A stretch of 64,000 bases of DNA, taken from NCBI GenBank assembly GCA_963797555.1, contig CAWCPV010000004.1, positions 640,001-704,000 of the forward strand. Direction: 5' to 3'. This document shows, piece by piece, positions 52,730-64,000 of this stretch (positions within the stretch are counted from its first letter, which is position 1; each line of letters opens with the position of its first letter). This DNA comes from an uncultured Gammaproteobacteria bacterium. GTDB taxonomy: Bacteria; Pseudomonadota; Gammaproteobacteria; CAWCPV01. The notes beneath the pieces are model-generated. The model had not been told where the DNA came from, did no database searches, and saw nothing but the letters and a program-made list of their open reading frames with translations. Position numbers and translations under genes: made by a program.

Positions 52730-53908
52730 TCATCGTTCGCCCCAGCCCTCGGGGTCACGGCAACGTTTCGCCAGCAACGGGATGCCGATGGCCAGCGGCA
52801 CGACGATGTAAACGCCCCAGAGCACGGCGAAGGGCGCCGCCGATACGGAGAGCGGAGCGCCGATGTTCCACTGTTGCTGCTGAATCTCGTAGAAGTAGTG
52901 GAACGGCACGATCGCGCTCCAGACCTTCGCCGCCGTGGTCATCGAGTACAAGGGATACGTGAAGCCGGTAAACGAGACCGCGGTAACGTTCGAGACCGCG
53001 ACGAGCGCCAAGGCGATACGCATCGTTCCGGTCAGGCCAATGATCATCGCCGGAATTGCGCAGCACACGATGATCAAGGACAACAGACCCAGGCTCCACA
53101 CAAGCATGCTCCCATTCACCGTCCATCCCCGATAGCCGGCGAGCCAGACCACGACTCCAATGGCAAGCACCGTGAAACAGAGCAGCAGGGGCAGCAGCTT
53201 TCCGATCAGCGCCGCGGCGATGCTGCCGTGCGCGGATGCCAGCCAAGCGCCCGCGGTACCGTCGCGATATTCGCGTCCGATGGCATAGGCCGCGCCGCCC
53301 AGGGCGAAAAGGTGGAGTATTGCCGGCAGGAAAGCCCCGGTGAGCGCCCGCTCGAAGGAAAATTGCGGAGCGTAGAGCGATCGCAACTCAACCCGCACGG
53401 CGCCTGCGCGACGTTCCGCGCCGGCAAAGCCGCCTCCGAGCCCGGCTGCCGTGGTGAGAACTCTGCTTTCAACGACAGATCCGATGGCACCGACAACGTC
53501 GATGGTGAGCAACGTCCCTGCCGCGTGGAACTGCTCGTTCGTGTAGAGAACGACCGGCAGTGGATCGCCGCGCCGGGAACGCCGTTCCCAGTCCGCCGGC
53601 ACCTGCACCACGGCGTAGACGCGTCGCTCGCGCACCAGGGGCCACGCTTCCTCGAGCGTGCTGGGGCGCGCGGCAATGGCGGTCGAGCGTGCCGCCTCGA
53701 GCGCGATGGCGAGATGGCGCGAGCCGGGCGAATGGTCTTCGTCGACGAACGCCAGCGGTAGTTTCACCATGACGCCTTGCGCGAGAATCGCCCACGTAAG
53801 CGCCATGACCAGCGCCGGGAACCAGCTGATCAGCGCAATGTCCCAGGGATGCGCGCGAAGATAGGCGATCTCGCGTGCGAATGCTCCACCAACACCGGCG
53901 ATAAACAC
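52730..53908 (-). CDS. ABC-2 family permease (YbhS/R-like)
   Basis: LPLAFVDEDHSPGSR, GKLLP, FTGFTYP; 6 TM segments. Confidence 0.88.
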   Translation of the reverse strand: MFIAGVGGAFAREIAYLRAHPWDIALISWFPALVMALTWAILAQGVMVKLPLAFVDEDHSPGSRHLAIALEAARSTAIAARPSTLEEAWPLVRERRVYAVVQVPADWERRSRRGDPLPVVLYTNEQFHAAGTLLTIDVVGAIGSVVESRVLTTAAGLGGGFAGAERRAGAVRVELRSLYAPQFSFERALTGAFLPAILHLFALGGAAYAIGREYRDGTAGAWLASAHGSIAAALIGKLLPLLLCFTVLAIGVVVWLAGYRGWTVNGSMLVWSLGLLSLIIVCCAIPAMIIGLTGTMRIALALVAVSNVTAVSFTGFTYPLYSMTTAAKVWSAIVPFHYFYEIQQQQWNIGAPLSVSAAPFAVLWGVYIVVPLAIGIPLLAKRCRDPEGWGER

Positions 53909-53912
53909 AACG

Positions 53913-54565
53913 TCAATTCCTGTCGACCAGAACCGACATCCCGGGACGCAGCCCGTTCACCTTCTCGACCGGACGCGCCCGGATCTCAAAGGTCTTGATG
54001 TCATAGCCGCTCGACTGGCGCGTCGCGCGCCAGGTCGCGTACTCACCCTTGGGACTGATGTAGTATACGGAAAAGGTAACCGGGCGGTCGCCGAGGGCGG
54101 GCACTTTGCCGGTGATCTGCGTGCCGATCTTGATCGCCGTGAGCTCGTTCTCGCGCAGATTGAACACTGCCCACACATCATCCAGATTGACCAGGCTCAT
54201 GATGGGGAATCCGGTCGGCGCAAGCTCGCCCCGATGCAGCACCACCTTGTCGACTTCCCCGGAAATGGGCGACTTAAGTGCGGTGTCTGCAGCCAAGGCC
54301 TGGACTTCCTGTACGCCCGCACCCGCGCCGCGGCGTGACATCGGCTGCGGCGAGAAGTTCCTCCTTGCGGAAACCGTTGAGCGTGAGGTCGTATTGCGCG
54401 CGTGCGGCCTTTTGCACAGCCAGCGCCGAGCGGTACGCAGTTTCGACCTCATCGTTGCGTTGCCGTGAAACCAGACCCTCTTTGTAGAGCACGTTGATAC
54501 GCTTATAGGTCGTATTGGCCAGGCTGGCTGCGGAGACCGCATTCTCCCAGTTGGCGCGCGGCGAT
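53913..54565 (-). pseudogene. HlyD-family periplasmic adaptor, 5'-truncated and frameshifted
   Basis: LKSPISGEV, GEYATWRATRQSSGYDIKTFEIR, GLRPGMSV. Confidence 0.85.
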
Positions 54566-54808
54566 AACGTCGATCCCGGCTGACGCCAACCGGGTGAGAT
54601 GTTCGTCCCGCCGCCCAGGATCGACCGTGTGGACGACCTTCTCGCTGCATGCCAAACCGTCCTTGATGAACAGAAGTAGCGTGCCATACTGCTCGTCAGG
54701 ACTGCTGAGGAACGCGCAGATATGAGCGCGGGCGCCAAGCATTGAACCACACAGGCGAATGGGGCGGCTGCTTGTTCGCGGGGACCCGCCGCCAGGCTCG
54801 ATGTTCAT
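54566..54808 (-). pseudogene. MEDS sensory-domain fragment
   Basis: HICAFLSSPDEQY..FIKDGL..EKVVHTVDP..HL.RLASAGIDV. Confidence 0.7.
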
Positions 54809-54818
54809 CGCCGCTCAC

Positions 54819-55100
54819 TTAATCTAAGGTGGTGAGCTCTGCGAGGTCATCGGCGATGAACACAGCCAGCATGCTCGCCAGCTCCGTTGCGCTTGCGTTC
54901 TCGCTGACCAGATGCTCGCTGCCGGGCGGCTCGAAGAAGCTCTCGCCGGCTGACCGGTCCGGTCGCTGAATTCTCCGAGCGGATGGCGTCCGAGAGCACG
55001 TAAGCGAACACACTGCCGACGTGGTGATGCTTGACGGACTTTTCGCCCGGCGCGTAGGTGACGACGACCGCCGTGAGCCTCTTGCTGGGTACGTTGGGTT
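54819..55100 (-). pseudogene. Cupin-domain 3' fragment
   Basis: VTYAPG..HHHVGSVFAYVLS / GESFFEPPGSEHLVSENAS. Confidence 0.75.
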
Positions 55101-55716
55101 GCGAGCAGCAGGGCCTGGCTCCGACTGATCCGCCCGGCCGGGATGCTCGCATCGGCCGCACGCAAGCGCGGCAGCATTTCGGACTTTTCCCTCCCCGGTG
55201 ACCAGCCAGAGAATTCGCCGGGAGCGATTGAGCATGGGATAGGTCAACGTCATCCGCAGCCTCTTCTGGTACACGCCGGTCAGTGCGACGTCGCGGTCGG
55301 GGATCTCCAGGACCGGATCGCCGGGAACGAGCGACGCCGTATGGCCGTCCGAGCCGAGTCCCAGGTAGGCGAGATCGAGCACCGGCGGCGAGCCGGCGGT
55401 GTGCTGGAGCGTCCTGGCATAGCTCGCGGCGGCCGACTCGAGGTCGTCCTCTTCGACCGGCGTGGCGTAGATCTGGCGGGGCGGCAGCGGTGCCTGCTCG
55501 AGCAGGCTCTCGCGCAGATGCGTGAGGTTGCGCTCGGCGTCTCCGGCCGGCGCGACGCGCTCGTCCACCTGGAACACGTGCACGTTTTCCCACGGCCGCT
55601 CCTCGCTCCCCAGAGGCTCGCAGCATGATCCACGGGGTGTGGCCGCCGCTCACGGCCAGCGCGAAGCGGCCGCGCGCGGCAACCGCATCGGCATCGGCGC
55701 GCACTTCTATCTTCAT
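55100..55716 (-). pseudogene. pgl: 6-phosphogluconolactonase, degraded
   Basis: LAVSGGHTP, VDERV, GLGSDGHTASL, RMTLTYP; frameshifts, with the 3' end fused to the cupin fragment. Confidence 0.85.
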
Positions 55717-55730
55717 CGCCGCACTCCCCG

Positions 55731-57107
55731 CTACGGCGCGACGGTCGGGTTTTGCCAGCCGCCGGGCGGCGTGACGCTTTCGCCGACCCCCTTCGGCCCC
55801 CAGGTGCCGGGCTCGTACTCGTACACCGGCGTGCGCGCTTTCAACACCGGGTCGACGATGCGCCACGCCTCTTCGACGTAGTCCTCGCGCGCGAACAGCG
55901 TGCGGTCGCCGCTCATGGCGTCGCCGAGCACGCGCTCGTAGGCGTCCATCTCTTCCGCACCGGGACGGCGACTGGCGAGCAGCTCGACCCGCTGGCCGAC
56001 CTCCTTGTCTTCGGCGTCCATCACCGTCGCGCCTAGCGCGATGGCGACCTCGGGACCGATGCGGAACCGGAAATGGTTCGGTATCCCGGGACACGAGGCG
56101 AAGATCCTCGGCGCAGGGCGCAAGCGGACGGTGACCTCGGTGCAGGTCACCGGCAGCGACTTGCCCGCCCGGATGAAGAACGGTACCCCCTGCCAGCGCC
56201 AGGAATCGATCTCGAGCCGCAGCGCCGCGAAGGTCTCCACCTTGGAATCCGGCGCGACGCCCGGCTCCTCGCGGTAGCCGCGGAACTGGCCCCGCACCAA
56301 GTCCTTTGCGTCGAGCGGCGGAATCGACTTGAGGACCTTGACCTTCTCGTCTCGCATCGATTCGCTGTCGGTTCTCGCCGGCGGCTCCATCGCCAGGTTG
56401 GCGAGCACCTGGAACAGATGATTCTGGATCACGTCGCGCACCGTGCCCGTCTGGTCATAGAAAGCGCCGCGGCCCTGGACACCGAAGCTCTCGGCCATCG
56501 TGATCTGTACGCTCTCGATGAACTCGCGGTTCCAGAACGACTCCAGGAACGCGTTCGCGAAGCGGAAGAAGACCATGTTCTGCACCGGCCGCTTGCCGAG
56601 GTAGTGGTCGATGCGGAAGATGTGCGCCTCGTCGAAGGCGGCCAGCAGGATCTTGTTCAGCTCGCGCGCCGATTCGAGGTCGTGGCCGAACGGCTTCTCG
56701 ACGACGACGCGGGCGCCGCGGGTGCAGCCCGATTTGGCGAGCTGCTCGACGACCGTGCCGAACAGTGCCGGCGGGATCGCGAGGTAATACGCCGGGCGTT
56801 GCGCGGCGCCTAACTCCCTGCGGATCGCCTGGAACGTCGCCGGGTCCGCATAGTCGCCGCTCACATAGCGCAGCAGGCCCGAGAGCTTGTCGAAGGCCCC
56901 GGCATCGAGCCCGCCGTGCTCCTCCAGGCTGTCGCGCGCCCGCGCCTTGAGCCGATCGAGGTCCCAGCGCGACCTCCCGACGCCGATCACCGGCGCATCG
57001 AGGTGGCCGCGTTTCAGCATCGCTTGCAGCGATGGGAAGATCTTCTTGTAGACGAGATCGCCGGTTGCGCCGAAAACGACGAGTGCGTCGGATTGGAATT
57101 CGCTCAT
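55731..57107 (-). CDS. zwf: Glucose-6-phosphate dehydrogenase
   Basis: [26 protein letters not shown]. Confidence 0.96.
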   Translation of the reverse strand: MSEFQSDALVVFGATGDLVYKKIFPSLQAMLKRGHLDAPVIGVGRSRWDLDRLKARARDSLEEHGGLDAGAFDKLSGLLRYVSGDYADPATFQAIRRELGAAQRPAYYLAIPPALFGTVVEQLAKSGCTRGARVVVEKPFGHDLESARELNKILLAAFDEAHIFRIDHYLGKRPVQNMVFFRFANAFLESFWNREFIESVQITMAESFGVQGRGAFYDQTGTVRDVIQNHLFQVLANLAMEPPARTDSESMRDEKVKVLKSIPPLDAKDLVRGQFRGYREEPGVAPDSKVETFAALRLEIDSWRWQGVPFFIRAGKSLPVTCTEVTVRLRPAPRIFASCPGIPNHFRFRIGPEVAIALGATVMDAEDKEVGQRVELLASRRPGAEEMDAYERVLGDAMSGDRTLFAREDYVEEAWRIVDPVLKARTPVYEYEPGTWGPKGVGESVTPPGGWQNPTVAP

Positions 57108-57127
57108 CTTGCCCTCGCTCCATCCGC

Positions 57128-58150
57128 CTATGGCGTGCCGTCCGACTTTTCCAGGTGCCCGCCGAACGCGTAGCGCATCGCCGAGAGCAGCTTGTTCTGG
57201 AAGTCCGCTTCGCCGCGCGAGCTGAACCGCTCGTAGAGCGCGGTCGTGAGCACCGGTGCCGGCACGGCCTCGTCGATGGCGGCCTGGATGGTCCAGCGCC
57301 CTTCGCCCGAGTCGGACACCCGGCCCCCGAACTTCGCGAGCGCCGGGTCTTCCAGCAGCGCGCTTGCGGTGAGATCCAGCAGCCAGGAGGCGATGACGCT
57401 GCCGCGCCGCCACACCTCTGCGATGTCGGGCAGGTCGAGGTCGTACTGGTAGTGTTCGGGGTCGCGCAAGGGCGTCGTCTCGGCGTCGATCGCGTGTGTC
57501 TGCTTGCCGACGTTGGCGGCGCGCAGGATGCCGAGCCCCTCGGCATACGCGGCCATGATGCCGTACTCGATGCCGTTGTGCACCATCTTGACGAAGTGCC
57601 CGGCGCCGTTCGGCCCGCAGTGCAGATAGCCGTGCTCCGCGGTGCCGCCCACCTTGTCGCGGCCGGGGGTGCGCGGGATATCGCCGACGCCCGGGGCGAG
57701 GGTCTTGAAGATCGGGTCGAGGCGCTGTACCGCCTGGTCCGGTCCCCCGATCATCATGCAGTAGCCGCGCTCCAGGCCCCAGACGCCGCCGCTCGTCCCC
57801 ACGTCCACGTAGTGGATGCCCTGCGGCGCAAGTTCCTTGGCCCGTCGGATATCATCGACGTAATAGGAGTTGCCGCCGTCGATGAGGATGTCCCCGGCCT
57901 CGAGAGCGGGCAGCAGCTCGGCGATGGTCTGGTCCACGACCGCTGCCGGGACCATCAGCCAGACCGCCCGCGGCTTCTCGATCTTCTTCGCGAGATCCGC
58001 GAGCGACGAGGCGCCCACCGCCTTCTCGCGGACCAGTTCTTCCACCGCTTGCGCCGACCTGTCGTAGACCACGCAACGGTGACCTTCCCTGATAAGCCGC
58101 AGCACCATGTTGGCGCCCATCCGGCCCAGACCCACCATTCCCAGTTGCAT
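57128..58150 (-). CDS. gnd: 6-phosphogluconate dehydrogenase (short, decarboxylating)
   Basis: [30 protein letters not shown]. Confidence 0.96.
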   Translation of the reverse strand: MQLGMVGLGRMGANMVLRLIREGHRCVVYDRSAQAVEELVREKAVGASSLADLAKKIEKPRAVWLMVPAAVVDQTIAELLPALEAGDILIDGGNSYYVDDIRRAKELAPQGIHYVDVGTSGGVWGLERGYCMMIGGPDQAVQRLDPIFKTLAPGVGDIPRTPGRDKVGGTAEHGYLHCGPNGAGHFVKMVHNGIEYGIMAAYAEGLGILRAANVGKQTHAIDAETTPLRDPEHYQYDLDLPDIAEVWRRGSVIASWLLDLTASALLEDPALAKFGGRVSDSGEGRWTIQAAIDEAVPAPVLTTALYERFSSRGEADFQNKLLSAMRYAFGGHLEKSDGTP

Positions 58151-58268
58151 CGGTTAATTCCTCTTGCAGAAGAAGTTGCTCGACCACTCGACCTCAGTTC
58201 ACCGGCTCGATTGAGGGTAGCTCGCAGCCGCCCTGTCCTGTCAGGAAGCGGCTTCTCGAAGCCCACGC

Positions 58269-59915
58269 TCAGGAGGAGGCCTCCCTGAGCTTCCGATAGC
58301 GGCGGATGAGCGTATTGGTCGAGCTGTCATGCTGGGGCGCAGGCTCCTGCCCGCCCCCCAGCTCCGGGATAATACGCTGAGCCAATTGCTTGCCCAGCTC
58401 GACGCCCCACTGGTCGAAGGAATCGATGTGCCAGACCGTGCCCTGGGTGAAGACGTTATGCTCGTAGAGCGCCACCAGCTTGCCCAGCGCCGCCGGGGTC
58501 AGCCTCTTCAGCAGAAGGGTGTTGGAGGGCCGGTTGCCCTCGAAGGTCCGGTGGGGCACGAGCCAGTCGGGCGTCCCTTCGGCCTTGACCTCCTGGGGGG
58601 TCTTGCCGAAGGCGAGGGCTTCACCCTGAGCGAACACGTTCGCGAGCAGCATGTCGTGGTGCGGGCCGAGCGGGTTGAGCGCCTGGGCGAAGGCGATGAA
58701 GTCGCACGGCACGAGCCGGGTCCCCTGGTGGATGAGCTGGTAGAAGGAGTGCTGGCCGTTGGTCCCGGGCTCGCCCCAGTAGATCGGGGCGGTGTCGTAA
58801 TCGACCGGCTCCCCGTCGAGCGTCACGTGCTTGCCGTTGCTTTCCATCGTCAACTGCTGGAGATAGGCCGGGAAGCGTTTCAGGTATTGCTCGTAGGGCA
58901 GCACCGCGACCGTCTGCGCACCGAAGAAATTGTTGTACCAGACCGCCAGCAGCCCCATGAGGACGGGCAGGTTCTGCGCAAACGGCGCGCTGCGAAAATG
59001 CTCGTCCATTTCATGGAGGCCGTCGAGGAAGGCGCGGAAGTTTTGCGGGCCGATGGCCAGCATCGTCGAGAGGCCGATCGCCGAGTCCTCGGAGTAGCGC
59101 CCGCCGACCCAGTCCCAGAACCCGAACATGTGGTCGGTATCGATGCCGAAGGTGGCCACTGCTTGGGCGTTCGTCGAAACCGCGACGAAGTGCTTGGCCA
59201 CCGACTTCTCATCGCCCCCGAGACCCGCCAGCGACCAGGCGCGCGCGCTGTGTGCGTTGGTCATCGTCTCCAGCGTCGTGAAGGTCTTCGAGGAGACGAT
59301 GAACAGCGTCTCCTGCGGGTCGAGATCACGCACGGCCTCGACGAAATCGGTGCCATCGATGTTGGACACGAACCGGAAGGTCATGGCCCGGTCGCTGTAA
59401 TGCTTGAGGGCCTCGTAAGCCATCACCGGCCCGAGGTCGGAGCCGCCGATGCCGATATTGATCACGTTGCGGATGCGCTTGCCGGTATGGCCCTTCCACG
59501 CGCCGCTGCGCACCCGTTCGGAGAAATCGGCCATCTTGTCGAGCACGGCGTGGACCTCGGGCACCACGTTCTTCCCGTCGACGACGATGGATGCCCCTCG
59601 CGGAGCGCGCAAGGCCACATGCAGGACAGCGCGCTTTTCCGAGACGTTGATTCTCTCCCCCCGGAACATGGCGTCGATCTGTGCCCGCAGGCCGGATTCC
59701 TCGGCCAGTTGCACGAGCAGCCTCAGGGTTTCTTCCGTGACGCGGTTCTTCGAGTAATCCAGGTACACCCCGACAGCCTCGGCCGCCATGCGCTCACCGC
59801 GCTTCGGGTCCTCGGCGAAGAGCTTGCGGAGGTGCAGTTCCCCGACCTTCTGATGGTGGGCTTCGAGTGCCTTCCAGACGGGGCGTTTGGTGACGGATTC
59901 GGTGGCTGCTGCCAT
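58269..59915 (-). CDS. pgi: Glucose-6-phosphate isomerase
   Basis: [33 protein letters not shown]. Confidence 0.97.
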   Translation of the reverse strand: MAAATESVTKRPVWKALEAHHQKVGELHLRKLFAEDPKRGERMAAEAVGVYLDYSKNRVTEETLRLLVQLAEESGLRAQIDAMFRGERINVSEKRAVLHVALRAPRGASIVVDGKNVVPEVHAVLDKMADFSERVRSGAWKGHTGKRIRNVINIGIGGSDLGPVMAYEALKHYSDRAMTFRFVSNIDGTDFVEAVRDLDPQETLFIVSSKTFTTLETMTNAHSARAWSLAGLGGDEKSVAKHFVAVSTNAQAVATFGIDTDHMFGFWDWVGGRYSEDSAIGLSTMLAIGPQNFRAFLDGLHEMDEHFRSAPFAQNLPVLMGLLAVWYNNFFGAQTVAVLPYEQYLKRFPAYLQQLTMESNGKHVTLDGEPVDYDTAPIYWGEPGTNGQHSFYQLIHQGTRLVPCDFIAFAQALNPLGPHHDMLLANVFAQGEALAFGKTPQEVKAEGTPDWLVPHRTFEGNRPSNTLLLKRLTPAALGKLVALYEHNVFTQGTVWHIDSFDQWGVELGKQLAQRIIPELGGGQEPAPQHDSSTNTLIRRYRKLREASS

Positions 59916-60092
59916 GTCCATGCTCCTTATCGTTACCCTGAGAATGCGCTCGACGCTCCAGGATGGCTGTGGAGATTCCATTGTGGCGGAGCGTCAGCGG
60001 TCCTGTTTCCGGGCGCTCGTCGCGACCAAGGCCGCTCCCACGGGAAGCCGGCGGAACCGCGGCAGGAGCGAGTGTTGCTCCCGATTTGTCCG

Positions 60093-61178
60093 CTACGCAG
60101 CATTGCCGAGCGCCGCACACTTAGACGACAGCACACCCATCAGTTCGTTCCAGGAGGCCACGAAGGACGACGCCCCCTCATCTTGGAGCCTCGCTGCGAG
60201 CGCATCGAGATCGACGCCCGCGGCTGCGAAGCGGGCCAGCACGGCTTCGCAATCGCCACCGTCGCGGGTCACGGGCGGGTCGAGTTGGCCATGGTCGGCA
60301 AACGCCTTCAAGGTGCCCTCCGGCATCGTGTTCACCGTCAGCGGTGCAGCGAGCTCCTTCACGTAGAGGATGTCGGAGGCGTTGGGGTCTTTGGTGCCGG
60401 TGCTCGCGAAGAGCAGCCGTTGCGGCCGAGCCCCGGCATTGAAGACGCGTTGCCACCGAGGCGACGCAATCAGCTCGGAATACGCGTTGTACGCCTGCTT
60501 GCCGATGGCGATCCCAAGGCGATCGACGAGGTCCTGCGGCACCTTGCCCGCGACCGCAACGTCCCAGCGGCTGATGAACAGGGAGGCGACCGACCCGACC
60601 ACGGGATGGAGTCCCGCGGCGATGCGCCGCTCGATGCCACGCAGATACGCCTCCGCAGCGGCAACGTACTGCGAGCGGGAGAAGAGCAATGTGACGTTCA
60701 CCGGTACGCCGGCGGAGATCGCCTCCTCGATGGCGGACAAGCCTTCGCGCGTCCCCGGAATCTTGATGAAGAGGTTGGGGCGGCCGGCGCGCGCGTGCAG
60801 ATCCTTCGCCTCCTGGAGCGTGGTCTTCGCGTCGCGTGCGAGCAGCGGTGAGACCTCCAGGGAGACCCAGCCATCGACGCCCGCCGTGCGCTCGTAGATG
60901 GGGCGGAACAGATCCGCCGCCGCAGTGATGTCTTCCAGCGCGAGCTCGAAAAACAGGCTCTCGTCGGACTTGCCGGCATCGAGTTTCTGGCGGATCGCGG
61001 CGTCGTAGGCTGTGCTGTTCTTGATCGCATGATCGAAGATGGTGGGGTTGGACGTGAGCCCGGTCACCGAGAGCTCATCGATGTAGTGCTTGAGCGTGCC
61101 GCTGGTGAGCAGGCCGCGTGTGATGTTGTCGAGCCAGAGGCTCTGACCGAGATCATGGAGTTCTTGCGTCGCTTTCAT
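60093..61178 (-). CDS. tal: Transaldolase
   Basis: SLWLDN, GLTSNPTIF, FIKIPGT, NVTLLFS. Confidence 0.96.
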   Translation of the reverse strand: MKATQELHDLGQSLWLDNITRGLLTSGTLKHYIDELSVTGLTSNPTIFDHAIKNSTAYDAAIRQKLDAGKSDESLFFELALEDITAAADLFRPIYERTAGVDGWVSLEVSPLLARDAKTTLQEAKDLHARAGRPNLFIKIPGTREGLSAIEEAISAGVPVNVTLLFSRSQYVAAAEAYLRGIERRIAAGLHPVVGSVASLFISRWDVAVAGKVPQDLVDRLGIAIGKQAYNAYSELIASPRWQRVFNAGARPQRLLFASTGTKDPNASDILYVKELAAPLTVNTMPEGTLKAFADHGQLDPPVTRDGGDCEAVLARFAAAGVDLDALAARLQDEGASSFVASWNELMGVLSSKCAALGNAA

Positions 61179-61376
61179 CGTGGCACCTTCGTTAGCAGAC
61201 TGTCGGACTTAACGAGGGGAACAATGGCCTGCGGAGTCCCCTTGACCTCGGAACGCTCTGGTGGCCGGATCGAAGGGTGCGAACTGCAGCCCCTCTCGCG
61301 TCTTGGAGAGGACATAGCACGCACGCGCCGCGTTAACGATCGACAAGGTCCATGGGGTCCGCTGAGATGGGCCGGG

Positions 61377-61832
61377 TCATCGCCATGCTCCTTGCCATCC
61401 CCGGGCGCCAAGGTAGATCTCTCGCCCGTGGCCGATGTCCATCACCAAGATCAGAAGCCGGTCATCGTGGATGTCGTAGAGGACGCGATAATCACCGACG
61501 CGCATTCGCCAGGCATTCCTACCGCTGAGCGTCTTGACTCCACGCGGTCTGGGTTCATCGGCCAGGCCACGATCACATGGGCGATCCGGTCCCGGTCCTG
61601 TCCGGCAATTCGTGACAGACGCTGGGCCGTTATAGGGAGGGCAACCGGCCTGCCCGAACGGTACCGGCTCCGAGGGCTGCGCCTTGGCCTCGTCGTATGC
61701 GCGAATGTCGTCGAGTTCCTCCAGCTCTTCTTTGATTTGCTGCCATGCGGCAAGCGGCAGCACTACGGCCTCACGGTTTCCCGCTTCATCGACCAGGTAC
61801 TCTTCACGCAGAGTTATCATCGCATCATCCAT
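61377..61832 (-). pseudogene. Degenerate antitoxin + RelE/ParE toxin pair fused by deletion
   Basis: YLVDEAG..AVVLP antitoxin part; PRP.GVK.LSG..WRMRVGDYRVLY toxin part. Confidence 0.75.
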
Positions 61833-61893
61833 GCTTGCCCAGTGGCCCATTGAGTATACCCGTACCCGAGCGGGCTATGCTGTGGCGGCGGGA

Positions 61894-61940
61894 GGTCTCA
61901 TATTCCTTCACTGACCACCGCCAAACAGTGCCAGCCCCGG
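61894..61940 (+). repeat. Second copy of the ~48-bp repeat
   Basis: Matches 29353-29400 with a few differences. Confidence 0.8.
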
Positions 61941-62039
61941 AACAACGTTGGCGCTGCATTCCATGGGCAGACAGCGATCGGTGGGCATGCTGTATCGAGC
62001 ACCCCCTTCCGCGAGCGATGCGGTTCCCTTCGTTCACCG

Positions 62040-62280
62040 CATCCTACGCGGGCTCAAGAGCTCGTGAGCAGGGTAGCTCACGTTCCGCACGTTCTCTGCA
62101 GCGAATCGGAGAGCTTCGCGGACATCTTCGGCCTCTAGGTCGGGATAAGCAGCAAGTATCTCTGCCTCCGACAATCCATCCGCCCGATCTCGACAACCAC
62201 GGCGACCGGGATCCTCGGTCAGCGGATACACGGGATTCCCCCACCTGCCTCGGATTTACGGTGATTCGTGTAAAGGGCAT
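62040..62280 (-). pseudogene. DUF433 antitoxin-like pseudogene
   Basis: RITVNP.., GLSEAEILAAYPDLEAEDVREALRFAA in different frames. Confidence 0.8.
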
Positions 62281-62342
62281 ACCGCTCGTCGCTGACCAGC
62301 CTAGCGCACGAGGGCGAAATCCTGGACGACTACCCCCTCAGC

Positions 62343-64000
62343 TTACAGAGCGCATGCATACTCGTGCACCCAACACAGAGTGTTCACCAGCTCCATCTGC
62401 TCGACCGTGCGGCACTTGATGGCCATCAGCCTCGGATTCGCCACCAGAAGGGCGAGAGACCGGGCGCGCGAAAGGGCGACGTTCAGGCGGTTCTTGCTGT
62501 ACAGGAACTCCATGAACCGCGGCAAATCCTCACCGCTGGAGGTCGCGAGCGAGACGATCACGACTTCGGCCTCCTGCCCCTGGAACTTGTCGATGGTGCC
62601 CACGCGCGCCACGCCGGGGAGCATTTGCTTCAGCAGGTTGACCTGCATGTTGTAGGGGGCGACCACGAGGATGTTCTCCGCCGACACGCTGTGCTCGGCC
62701 CCGTCCCGGTCGCGGTAACGCTGTTCGAGCAGGCTCGAATACAGCTCCAGGACGATCCTCGCCTCCTCGACGCTCCGCTGCGAGCAGCTCTGGTGATCCA
62801 CCGCGACGAACCGAATGCCCGTGGGCCGGACTCCGCGTGCGCACTGGGCTTCAACAGTAGCCGCTGATTCCAGTTGTCCGGGTGGGGATGGAGCCGTCCG
62901 TCGTAAACGGCCTCCGAAATGAAGCGGCAGACATCGTCGTGCATGCGCCAGGTGGTGCCGAGGAACACCCCGTGGTCCATCGGGATCGTCGCCTGCCCCT
63001 CAAGCAGGTAATCGAGCGCCGACTCCCCTGAATGTCCCGGGTGGACGCCCTGGATGGGCTGCTGCAACTGCATCTGGTCGCCCAGGAGAACGATGTTCTT
63101 CGCGCAGGTGCCCATGGCGATGAGGTTCGCCAACGCAACCTGCCCCGCCTCATCCACGAACAGGTAGTCCAGTGCCCGGTCCAGCTCCGGGTCCGCGAAC
63201 AGCCACGCGGTGCCGGCAACGAGTGCGGCGCCGGAGGTGACGACCGCGCCGTTGTCGGCGACATCCTCGATGATCTGTCCGTTGAGAAAGGTCTCCTCGC
63301 TGGTGGATTTCTTGACGCCCCGGAATCGCACGTTCTCTTCCGCCGCGCACCTTTCCACGGCGGCGAGCAGGTTGTTGATGGCCTTGTGGCTGTTCGAGGA
63401 GACGCCGACCCTCGCGCCACGCTGGAGCAGTGCGACGATGACCCGGGAGCCGGTGTAGGTCTTGCCGGCGCCGGGCGGTCCCTGAATGAACAGGTAGCTT
63501 TCCTGAAGCCGGCTCACCGCATCGATGACCTGCACGCCGGCGTCTCCCTCGGTCCCGATCACCGGCGACCCGGCGGGGAGGCCGCGGATCGCCGGACGCT
63601 CCCTCCTCAGAATGGCCTCCAGCGCCGCGTAACGGCGGTCGCCCGCGATGACGCTGTCCGCGAACCGATACAGCGCTTCCTTGAGCACGCCTGTGTCGAT
63701 GGGGCCGGTCGGGATGACGGACAGCCGTTCGGGGAGCACGCCGAACCTCATCCCCAGCTTGATCTGAACGAGGCGCCCGTCCTCGTCGATCGCCTCGATA
63801 AGGCCCGCGCGCTCCAGGGTGTCGGCCCGCAGGCAGTCATCGCCAACGTCGAGCTTGAACTCCTGCGGCGGGTAGCGAAACGTATAGACTACGGAGCGCT
63901 TCACGGTCTGCGGCGGGCGCTCCGGCGTCGCCTGGAGTGCCCCGATGCACTCGGGGTCGTCGACGAGATCCTCCTCGGCCATCTCCCGGCGCGCGAACAT
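62343..64000 (-). CDS. SF1 (DNA2/NAM7-like) helicase, probably TM0106 RecB-nuclease-helicase; partial, frameshift about 62815
   Basis: QGPPGAGKT, VDEAGQ, GDQMQL, GTIDKFQGQE, NRLNVALSRA. Confidence 0.85.

Larger units (their letters stand above)
49006..52733 (-). pseudogene. ABC-2 permease with nonsense codon (52506) and IS66 insertion
   Basis: VPVVVADYDASPMSRQL..LFNTNQGYASYVVP..LSGFAFP; frame is restored across the TSD. Confidence 0.85.

Noticed and set aside
58329-60851. 840-aa ORF (also 25852-27552, 14957-15664 and similar)
   Set aside because: Antisense frames of high-GC3 genes (pgi/tal, SPFH, transporter).
29353-61940. 48-bp repeats as attL/attR of one 32-kb island
   Set aside because: The interval contains core ssrA/smpB, and the integrase is positioned at the ssrA 3' end instead.

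Overview
GC-rich proteobacterial-type chromosome segment with three zones of accessory DNA. (1) 0.3-14.3 kb: a decaying integron. A probable intI 5' stub with a LexA box and attI is followed by about 6 cassettes, mostly defence-like: an unknown beta-hairpin protein, AlbA_2/Schlafen, HNH, PD-(D/E)xK, MtlR/HEPN-like and PepSY. The array is parasitised by an IS66-family element, a IIC-attC group II intron, fragments of a second intron, a possible IS110 end, and two families of inverted-repeat-bounded Y1/RAYT-like HUH elements with 9-11 bp tandem duplications at or near them. (2) 14.4-29.2 kb: mostly intact genes (ArsB/NhaD transporter, cstA-ybdD, cold-shock protein, patatin, DUF502, GH100-like hydrolase, paired SPFH proteins). 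(3) 29.4-45.9 kb: an island at the tmRNA 3' end with a P4-like integrase and a type I BREX operon. The BREX genes are heavily frameshifted, which may be assembly error. After this come ssrA-smpB, a patchwork of deletion-fused gene fragments with a second IS66 copy, a tal-pgi-gnd-zwf-pgl cluster, TA remnants and an SF1 helicase. All calls come from reading the sequence and motifs; no searches were run.
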